A program made the translations under genes and the position numbers. The notes beneath the pieces are model-generated. The model did not search any database and was not told the DNA's origin. It saw only the letters and a list, made by a program, of their open reading frames with translations. A stretch of 24,114 nucleotides of DNA. Origin: a virus (Duplodnaviria > Caudoviricetes). Below, in pieces: positions 1 to 6,399 of the stretch. Position 1 is the stretch's first letter, and every line of letters begins with the position of its first letter. Location: positions 1 to 24,114 of the IMG/VR virus record IMGVR_UViG_3300008255_000468. One strand, given 5' to 3'.

Positions 1-26
1 ATGTTGACGAAATGTTGACACGGTAA

Positions 27-680
27 TTACTCGTTATCTGACACTGTGATGGTGTAAAGACCCTTGTTGATCTGATCTAGTTCGCCCGCGCTTGTCATGC
101 GCTTCAGTTGCATCCATATCGCTCTGCGGTCAACACCTAGCAGCACAGACAATTGTCCTGCTGTCATCGCGCCATGTGTCTGTAATGCATCCAAGACCCG
201 CGTCTTTGTTTTCGACAGAGACTTCGTCGCTTGTTTCAGCAGCATTTCGTTTTTGATCTTCCGCACCTGATTCGCTGCTGTGTGGAGCATTAGAGTTAGA
301 CACTCGCTCATTTGCGTCTCTGAGAGCAGATACAGCAAGTCATGCTTGTTGTACCAATAGTAGACAAGTGTGCGCACGACATCTGTTGGCAATCCCACCA
401 GATGAGCAGCCTTCATGAAAACGAAGAAGTCGTGCTCTTCGTCGAAATCCGGTTCTCCTGGTGGAACAGTCGAGAGTATGCGCCCGATTTGCTTGTCTTG
501 AGCGCACCACAGCTTTTTGAATTGTCGATTCAGCGGCTTGATTGTAGTGATGATATGTGCGACCTGATCGTCTGACACGCCAGTTGCAGCGAGCGAGCGA
601 ACGAATTGAATCACCGAGCGGTGAAGGTCATTTTCAAATAGTGTTGAAAAATCGTGTTTGGTGGCTTGATAAATAGGCAT
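27..680 (-). CDS. C-terminal winged-helix DNA-binding protein, putative replication initiator / origin-binding protein
   Basis: 217 aa ORF; C-terminus RVLDALQTHGAMTAGQLSVLLGVDRRAIWMQLKRM...GELDQINKGLYTI is wHTH-like; lies between the helicase and the iteron array. Confidence 0.55.
   Translation of the reverse strand: MPIYQATKHDFSTLFENDLHRSVIQFVRSLAATGVSDDQVAHIITTIKPLNRQFKKLWCAQDKQIGRILSTVPPGEPDFDEEHDFFVFMKAAHLVGLPTDVVRTLVYYWYNKHDLLYLLSETQMSECLTLMLHTAANQVRKIKNEMLLKQATKSLSKTKTRVLDALQTHGAMTAGQLSVLLGVDRRAIWMQLKRMTSAGELDQINKGLYTITVSDNE
52..96 (+). repeat. 45-bp perfect direct repeat, copy 1 (copy 2 at 23893-23937)
   Basis: GTGTAAAGACCCTTGTTGATCTGATCTAGTTCGCCCGCGCTTGTC at both sites. Confidence 0.95.
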
Positions 681-698
681 GATATTTGTTGGTATGTG

Positions 699-732
699 AA
701 ACGGCGGGTCTGCTCAAAACGACCCGCCGTTT
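699..732. terminator. Stem-loop between helicase and wHTH gene
   Basis: AAACGGCGGGTC-10 nt-GACCCGCCGTTT. Confidence 0.6.
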
Positions 733-733
733 G

Positions 734-2131
734 TTATTGGACTGGCGAAGTCTCCCAAGAAAGACTTGAACCGAATCTTTCGTCTTTCTTATCTTCCGGT
801 CTTTTCGGTTTGCGCCCGTTTCCGAATGACGTTTTCGGTGTCTCATCGTCCAGCAGCGCTTTGATTGTCATGCGAGCCTTATCGACTGCTACTTGCACAA
901 ATCCAAGCGATCCATTTCGGTTCTTCGCAATCGATATTACTTGCCGACCCATTTGCTGGTTTGCTTCGTTCTCACCAAGCGAGATCACGAAATCGGCAAT
1001 GGAGTTGATGCCATACGAGCCTGCTGTGTGTTGTGTTCCTGGTTTTAGTGATTCGCGAGCATCTTTGTTCGTCTGTGCTGCTGTGAATACGAGACAGTCA
1101 TTCTCGACTGCTAGACTTCGCAATTCTTGTGCAACAGCATTGATGATTTCGTATCCATGAATGTTGCCTGATCTGGAAGTACTGCGAGCACGGCAAATTG
1201 TCAGATAGTCCACAATGATGACATCGGGAACAAAGTTTCTTTGTGCATTGAGTTTCTTCACAAGTTCGTTGAAGTGTCCGACGTGAGACGAGCCCGTCGG
1301 GAATTCCTTGACTACGATGTCGCCAACAGTTCGCTTGTGTAGATTCTCGACCCGCTGTTTCAAATCAGGTTTTTCGAGTGCTGCCAGTTCGTCTAGTGTC
1401 AGACTCAGCAGGTTTTGATAGATGCGCTGTCGTACAACCGTTTCGGACATCTCTAGAGTGATATACAGCACTCTGCGCCCGGTGCGAAACAGGTGAGCAG
1501 CATGGTCGCAGAGAAACAGGCTCTTGCCGACGCCCGTCGCTGCTTGAACGATTCCTAGTTCCTTGCGCTTCAATCCGCCGCGTGTGGCTTCGTTCAAAAA
1601 ATCTAGATTGAACGGGATGCGCTCTGAATCGTCGTGTAGATCATCAAAAAACGAGTCGATATCGTCGCAGAGCGAGACACCGACCATATCATCGCTGATC
1701 GGTCGCTGTGCTTCTGCTAGCTGCTGCGCGAATACAGATACATCGATTGCTCGATTCTCAATCTTCGCCTTTTCCATCTCTTCAGCAGCAGCAAGTAAAG
1801 CATTGCTTGATCTAGCATTATTGACGAACGTCTTTGTTTTGTCAGCGAGCCAGCCATCGTTGATAGCGTCCTCTGAAGACTCAAGCATATCGATATACTT
1901 GAGACGTTCTTCAGTGTCGTTGCCTTTCGAAAGAAGTTTGTTTATGTCGCAACGGATCTGCAGGAATGATGGCTCTTGCTTCTTATCGACAGTGTTTGCT
2001 ATTTGAGTAAAGATCGCTTTCTCAGTCGAATCGTCGAAAAGATCTGCTGTCAGATGGTGAAACATGGTATCGCGAAAGTGTTCGTTATTCACGAGTTCGC
2101 GAAGAATGATGGCTTCAATGCGAGGTTCCAC
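734..2131 (-). CDS. DnaB-family (SF4) replicative helicase, T4 gp41-like
   Basis: Walker A AATGVGKS, YITLEM, IVVKEFPTG, Walker B PDVIIVDYL, KNRNG; RIPFNLDFLNEATRGGL and the N-terminus EPRIEAIILRELV resemble T4-superfamily gp41. Start placed at GTG 2131 (GAGGT 8 nt upstream); the track starts at ATG 2152. Confidence 0.88.
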   Translation of the reverse strand: MEPRIEAIILRELVNNEHFRDTMFHHLTADLFDDSTEKAIFTQIANTVDKKQEPSFLQIRCDINKLLSKGNDTEERLKYIDMLESSEDAINDGWLADKTKTFVNNARSSNALLAAAEEMEKAKIENRAIDVSVFAQQLAEAQRPISDDMVGVSLCDDIDSFFDDLHDDSERIPFNLDFLNEATRGGLKRKELGIVQAATGVGKSLFLCDHAAHLFRTGRRVLYITLEMSETVVRQRIYQNLLSLTLDELAALEKPDLKQRVENLHKRTVGDIVVKEFPTGSSHVGHFNELVKKLNAQRNFVPDVIIVDYLTICRARSTSRSGNIHGYEIINAVAQELRSLAVENDCLVFTAAQTNKDARESLKPGTQHTAGSYGINSIADFVISLGENEANQQMGRQVISIAKNRNGSLGFVQVAVDKARMTIKALLDDETPKTSFGNGRKPKRPEDKKDERFGSSLSWETSPVQ

Positions 2132-2184
2132 TATTGAATACCTCGATTGCATAAATATGATGGTATACTTGAGTAATCAAACAT
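2131..2184 (-). CDS. 17-aa upstream ORF (MFDYSSIPSYLCNRGIQ) overlapping the helicase start
   Basis: AGGAG RBS before ATG 2184; its TAG overlaps the helicase GTG (TAGTG). Confidence 0.4.
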   Translation of the reverse strand: MFDYSSIPSYLCNRGIQ

Positions 2185-2198
2185 GTTTTTGTTCTCCT

Positions 2199-2235
2199 GG
2201 TCACGCGATTATCTCCCGCGTGACCTTTCTTTTTG
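2199..2235 (+). terminator. Plus-strand intrinsic terminator-like hairpin, antisense to the replication genes
   Basis: GGTCACGCG-9 nt-CGCGTGACC followed by TTTCTTTTT. Confidence 0.55.
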
Positions 2236-2236
2236 T

Positions 2237-2458
2237 CTATCGCCAGATCGTCTGGTCCCAACCTTTCGCTGTCAGGATTGCGATTCCTTCGATTGAGCGG
2301 TCGCTTTTCATGCGTAGTTTAGCGCTGTCCAAAGAGCCACCCGTTTCAGTTGTCCGCAACCGATTTAATGTTGTCGGATGATATAGTTTGCCATCGATCA
2401 TAAGTGCGAACGATTGCTCTGCTATAATAATAGTTGTTGTTGTTGTTAGTCCTTCCAT
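2237..2458 (-). CDS. Hypothetical protein, 73 aa
   Basis: GAGGT RBS just upstream (GAGGTAACAA-ATG); same strand as its neighbours. Confidence 0.6.
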   Translation of the reverse strand: MEGLTTTTTIIIAEQSFALMIDGKLYHPTTLNRLRTTETGGSLDSAKLRMKSDRSIEGIAILTAKGWDQTIWR

Positions 2459-2502
2459 TTGTTACCTCACGGGCGTCTGTTCTAGCAGACGCCCGTTTCT
2501 CG

Positions 2503-2817
2503 TTATTCACAATTTGTCCACCTGTAGTTGGCTGTGTTGTAGACTGTCGCATGACGCAGCAGTTGCATCAGTTGCTTCTGACTGACATACAAGCGTGGTG
2601 TGTGCTGACGCTTTACGACCGCTCGTAGCAAGTCCTTGCGTAGCAAAATATAGATCTGTGATGGATGGCGACCGATCAGTTCTGCTGCTTCTGCAACGGT
2701 GATTAGATCATCGTCAGTCTGCTGTGCTGTCTGTTTGAATTGTTTGGCGAAGTCTTCTTCCATCGTTCGGTCGAAAGACTCGTCCTGTAGATCGGGTAGT
2801 TCCGTAAAGTTTCTCAT
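2503..2817 (-). CDS. Xis/MerR-like HTH DNA-binding protein
   Basis: LITVAEAAELIGRHPSQIYILLRKDLL motif; start placed at ATG 2817, 5 nt after CTAAATA. Confidence 0.7.
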   Translation of the reverse strand: MRNFTELPDLQDESFDRTMEEDFAKQFKQTAQQTDDDLITVAEAAELIGRHPSQIYILLRKDLLRAVVKRQHTPRLYVSQKQLMQLLRHATVYNTANYRWTNCE

Positions 2818-2822
2818 AATCG

Positions 2823-2829
2823 TATTTAG
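2823..2829 (-). promoter_or_regulatory. T4-late-like promoter CTAAATA
   Basis: 5 nt before ATG 2817. Confidence 0.6.
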
Positions 2830-3275
2830 TAACCGTGCGATTTTGACCGTCTTGTTTTTTCTCTGTTGACTCGCACATCGCCGTTTAGGTTGTAGTTGCA
2901 TACGACAGCGGTGCCGTAGACGTGGGCATCGCCGCAGATGAGGACGTTATTGAAGACATGTGCATCGCCGTAGACGCGGGCTCTGCCAAAGACGCGGGCA
3001 TTGCCGTGGACGTGGGCTTTCTCGGCTACTATCGCATCGCCGTAAACGCGGGCTCTGCCAAAGACGCGGGCATCGTCGCATACTTCAGCATTGCCGTAGA
3101 CGCGGGCATCGTTATCTACCCAACAGTTTCCGTCTTGTGAAAGGTTCGTCTCGCTTGCAATGTATCCACCGAGCGATTGCTCGGGGACATACTGCAAATT
3201 TTGCAGTGCTCGGATGCGATAGAGTGTCTGATTGTCGATCTGGATTGTGTCGCTCTGGACTAGTTCGTATTTCAT
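2826..3275 (-). CDS. Phage hexapeptide-repeat (left-handed beta-helix-like) protein
   Basis: N-terminal LYRIRAL...GGYIASETNLSQDGNCWV followed by ARVYGN/ARVFGR/ARVYGD repeats; GAGGT RBS. Confidence 0.85.
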   Translation of the reverse strand: MKYELVQSDTIQIDNQTLYRIRALQNLQYVPEQSLGGYIASETNLSQDGNCWVDNDARVYGNAEVCDDARVFGRARVYGDAIVAEKAHVHGNARVFGRARVYGDAHVFNNVLICGDAHVYGTAVVCNYNLNGDVRVNREKTRRSKSHGY

Positions 3276-3294
3276 GTCGTTGTTACCTCAATTC

Positions 3295-3301
3295 TATTTA
3301 G
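3295..3301 (-). promoter_or_regulatory. T4-late-like promoter CTAAATA
   Basis: Just upstream of the RBS of 2826..3275. Confidence 0.6.
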
Positions 3302-3516
3302 TAACCGTGTGGTTTTGGCGAGCGTGGTTAGTTCCACACTATCCAAGACAATCATACAGACGCGATTCTTCGAGCCCACAAAACCGAGAACGGAAAGAAC
3401 TGAAAACAAAGGAGAAAAGATTCGCGGGCGATACGAAAGATGCCAAAAAAACGGGCTTATAAATCTGAGATTTATTTTTGTCTGACTATTACTGTGTCGC
3501 GATTGCTGGTGCGATA

Positions 3517-3861
3517 ATGAAACTTCGCGAGGAAATCGCGACAGTGGATCAACTACAGAGGTATTACTCAGTCCAAGAGATAGCAGAATCGTGGCAACTC
3601 AGTAAAGACAAGGTGCGGGAACTCTTCCGCAATGAGGACGGAGTTCTGCGCATCCCTTCAAGTAATGAAAAACGCGGGCAGCGTGCGTATGAAACGCTGC
3701 GCGTGCCCGCGTGTGTATTGGCGCGTGTGCAAGCTCGACTTAGTTCACCCGTTGCGGCGAAGGTGCATCCGATGGTGGAACGGATGAATGTTGCACGTGC
3801 AAAGCGTCGTTCGCCCAAGTGCGTCGCACCTGATCATGCAAGGCGTCCGTTCGTCGCTTGA
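3517..3861 (+). CDS. xis: Excisionase-like HTH protein
   Basis: YYSVQEIAESWQLSKDKVRELFRNEDGV...YETLRVP; converges on and overlaps the integrase; start uncertain (3478/3517/3544). Confidence 0.7.
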   Translation: MKLREEIATVDQLQRYYSVQEIAESWQLSKDKVRELFRNEDGVLRIPSSNEKRGQRAYETLRVPACVLARVQARLSSPVAAKVHPMVERMNVARAKRRSPKCVAPDHARRPFVA

Positions 3862-4936
3862 CCCACATAGCATAGTGTTTCTCTGTTGTACTCACCTTGG
3901 CGTGTCCTAGCAACCGTGCGACATCGCTGATAGGCGTGCCAGCGATCAGCAATTCAACCGCATAGGTATGTCGAAAATTGTGTGCGGTGCGTTCCTTGAG
4001 TCCAGCGAGATTCAGCAGTTTGCGAATGCGCGTGAACCACTTAGTAGCTCGCGTGTGTAATTCGCCTTCGCCAGACCAAAAGAAGTATTTCTCGGAGTCA
4101 TGCGGACACGCCATGAGTTTCGCTAACACCCAATCGGGAACTGGAACTGTGACATCAGACCCGGTTTTTTGCCGATACGTCATGATCTTGCCTTCGTTGA
4201 CATACACGTGAGACTTTTCGAGCTTCACCAGCGTGGAGCAATCGAGCCCGGTGTATCTCATGACGTGAACGAAGGCGTCCACTTGCTGCGCAATCGCTTG
4301 ACCCTTGCGCCCGTATTCGTCCGCGAAGTCTGGCAGCACGCGGAAAACGGCTTCCATTTCGGCTGGTTCAAATGGCTTCCGATCCGTTCGCACTTCTTTA
4401 ATCGTTGGCATGGCGTGTGACGGATTGCTCTTGATCAGTTCCGCATTCACACAGAACTTGAAAAACGATTTGATGGTGTCGCGCCGATTTCTGCGAGTCG
4501 AGTTTTCGTCACTCCAGCCAGACTGCCAAGTGATCAAATCTAGTGGCGTGATTTGCTCCATGTAGACGTGATTGCGTGGACTCGCTTCCATGAAGGTCTG
4601 GAGAGCCATCAGCAATTTTCGGTACTTCGTCTGAATGGGTCTTGTGATGTCACGCTTCGTCAGCATGAAGGCGTCTATCGCTTGCTTGATGGTGCATCGT
4701 TCTGGCGTGTCCTGGACTGTGTACGGCGTCTCAAGTTCGCGTGCGAGGATTGACGCCCGCGTCCAGTCCCGGACGCCTTCGCCCGTCTCTGGATCAATGA
4801 GACGCCTATGTCTGTACGTTCCAGACCCGTCGGTGCCTTCGAAGTACACCGGACACTTCACCTTGAGCGGACACACTTTCGTCTCTTTGCCGTGGTTGGT
4901 GCATGACTTCACATGCCTTCGATATAAGCGAATCAT
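3740..4936 (-). CDS. int: Tyrosine recombinase / phage integrase
   Basis: HNFRHTYA, LLGH and TTEKHY motifs; adjacent attP; extended -10 TGcTAGACT 6 nt before ATG 4936. Confidence 0.93.
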   Translation of the reverse strand: MIRLYRRHVKSCTNHGKETKVCPLKVKCPVYFEGTDGSGTYRHRRLIDPETGEGVRDWTRASILARELETPYTVQDTPERCTIKQAIDAFMLTKRDITRPIQTKYRKLLMALQTFMEASPRNHVYMEQITPLDLITWQSGWSDENSTRRNRRDTIKSFFKFCVNAELIKSNPSHAMPTIKEVRTDRKPFEPAEMEAVFRVLPDFADEYGRKGQAIAQQVDAFVHVMRYTGLDCSTLVKLEKSHVYVNEGKIMTYRQKTGSDVTVPVPDWVLAKLMACPHDSEKYFFWSGEGELHTRATKWFTRIRKLLNLAGLKERTAHNFRHTYAVELLIAGTPISDVARLLGHAKVSTTEKHYAMWVKRRTDALHDQVRRTWANDALHVQHSSVPPSDAPSPQRVN

Positions 4937-4956
4937 GGGCAAAGTCTAGCATAGAC

Positions 4957-5152
4957 GCACCCACACTTGCACCCACACTTGGCGACTCGGAGGCTTATGT
5001 TGTTGATTTGATTGGGTTTAGAGGTTGGTGGGGGCGGCTGTGATGTTACAATTCGCTGGCGTTGAAAACACGTAACTTATTGATTTTGCAAGACGGCAAA
5101 AACGCCAGAAACGGTGAAATCGGCATGATTACCCACACCTGACCCACACTTG
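4957..5152. other. attP site: arm repeats, IHF site and tRNA-3'-like core
   Basis: GCACCCACACTT x2 (4957-4980); ACCCACACCTG/ACCCACACTTG (5131-5152); minus-strand CAGCCGCCCCCACCA (5026-5040); AATCAATAAGTTA (5073-5085, minus) matches IHF consensus WATCAANNNNTTR. Confidence 0.8.
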
Positions 5153-5225
5153 CTCGATTTCAGAGTCGAAATTGTGGGTTCTTTTCTTTGGTGTCAGACC
5201 CGATTGAGTCCGCTGTCTCGATTGC

Positions 5226-5588
5226 TTACCTACCGACAAACCCGATCAGCGTCTCGACGATCTTGCCACTGGAAACGCCGAAAATCGCAGCGGATGTCAG
5301 ACATACGAGTCCAACGATTTTCAGCCAAGTTCCGCTATCGATTGCGCCTTTGTTGGCGATTGCATCGAGCTTGGTTTTAAGCTCTGAGATCTCTTTGCTG
5401 TGAAGCAGAGCATCCGATGCTCTCGACGCTGCTGCAACCTCGTGCTGATTAATCTGAACGCTGTGTGTGGCGACTTTTGAATTGAGAGTATCGAGTCTGT
5501 TGTTGACGCCAGACACCTGATTTTGCAGCACGCCAATGCTGACTGCGATTGATTCCAGTTTATCAAAAAGCCTAGTTTGCGGGTCCAT
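5226..5588 (-). CDS. Coiled-coil protein with C-terminal transmembrane helix (holin/XhlA-like candidate)
   Basis: Heptad-rich N-terminus, hydrophobic WLKIVGLVCLTSAAIFGV; located after the tail genes. Confidence 0.5.
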   Translation of the reverse strand: MDPQTRLFDKLESIAVSIGVLQNQVSGVNNRLDTLNSKVATHSVQINQHEVAAASRASDALLHSKEISELKTKLDAIANKGAIDSGTWLKIVGLVCLTSAAIFGVSSGKIVETLIGFVGR

Positions 5589-5790
5589 CTTTTTCCACCT
5601 TCACCTTCACCAGCGCAGTGAAATCAGGCGATAGCTGATACTCACCGTCGAGTTCGTTCTGTTTCACTATCAGATAAAAGCAGCCTTTGAACATCGCGTC
5701 GAGTTCAGCAATAGTCTGCAAGATCTCTTTTCGCTTCGCGTCCAGTTCCGCGAAGACTGCTGTCTCTCTTTCGTCGAGTAAATGTTGCAT
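5572..5790 (-). CDS. Hypothetical protein, 72 aa
   Basis: Start placed at ATG 5790, 5 nt after ATAAATA; overlaps the next gene. Confidence 0.6.
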   Translation of the reverse strand: MQHLLDERETAVFAELDAKRKEILQTIAELDAMFKGCFYLIVKQNELDGEYQLSPDFTALVKVKVEKDGPAN

Positions 5791-5795
5791 GCGTA

Positions 5796-5829
5796 TATTT
5801 ATCGTTTTCGGAAAATGGAGTGGTAAATA
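5796..5829. promoter_or_regulatory. Divergent pair of TAAATA motifs
   Basis: Minus-strand 5796-5801 (5 nt before ATG 5790); plus-strand 5824-5829 upstream of the beta-barrel gene. Confidence 0.5.
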
Positions 5830-5898
5830 ATGACTAGTACTATTCTCGTTTGACAAGAATCCTGTAAAACGAGAAACTGGTACTTGAGGTAACTAAAC

Positions 5899-6399
5899 AT
5901 GAAACTCTTTACTCTTCTTTTTCTATTTGCAGCGACGGTCTTTGGACAACAAATCGCTGTGCTTGGTGGATACAACGACAACACCCGCGTGTCAGCGAAA
6001 GTCTATGCACCCGTCACCAGCCGCGTTTCCATCGGCACTCAATACAGATTCTCCAACCACGACGCTGCTGCCCTGGTATCGTTCGATGTCATTCGAGCAA
6101 GGAAACTAACAATCGCTGCTGAAGCTGGATACGGTCTTACACGTGAGATCGACACAGACATCCGCTGGCAGCTTGGGCGAATCCCTGTGTACGCTGGCAA
6201 TCGCTTGATATACGTTGACGCGGTTGTAGGTGCGGAACTGTACAAGCGTACACCATGGCTTGGTACTGCGATTGCTGGCGCTATCGTCTCATATCGATTG
6301 TCGAAACATGTTTCCATTCAGGCGAACTATCAGTTTCACGCAGTCAACCGACACGACAACAGACACGTGACGCAAGTCGGTGTCGCAATCGACTTCTAA
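5899..6399 (+). CDS. Small outer-membrane beta-barrel protein (Lom/Ail/OmpW-like architecture)
   Basis: Signal peptide MKLFTLLFLFAATVFG, alternating amphipathic strands, terminal QVGVAIDF with C-terminal Phe; GAGGT RBS. Confidence 0.75.
   Translation: MKLFTLLFLFAATVFGQQIAVLGGYNDNTRVSAKVYAPVTSRVSIGTQYRFSNHDAAALVSFDVIRARKLTIAAEAGYGLTREIDTDIRWQLGRIPVYAGNRLIYVDAVVGAELYKRTPWLGTAIAGAIVSYRLSKHVSIQANYQFHAVNRHDNRHVTQVGVAIDF

Noticed and set aside
1-19. Terminal inverted repeats of a transposon or linear replicon (match to 24014-24032)
   Set aside because: The match is about 80 bp inside the right end, no transposase or protein-primed polymerase is present, and it is better explained as iterons on a circle
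52-96. DGR template/variable repeat pair with 23893-23937
   Set aside because: No reverse transcriptase; the core is identical rather than adenine-mutated, and it is too short
4978-4989. CTTGGCGACTCG shared between attP and the cos region (20999-21010, inverted)
   Set aside because: Chance-level 12-mer with no further support
5026-5050. tRNA gene
   Set aside because: Only a 3'-end-like fragment with no cloverleaf; treated as the att core
5831-5842. TGACTAGTACTA repeated at 20950-20961
   Set aside because: Tens of 12-mer repeat pairs are expected by chance in 24 kb, and spacing to nearby promoters is inconsistent
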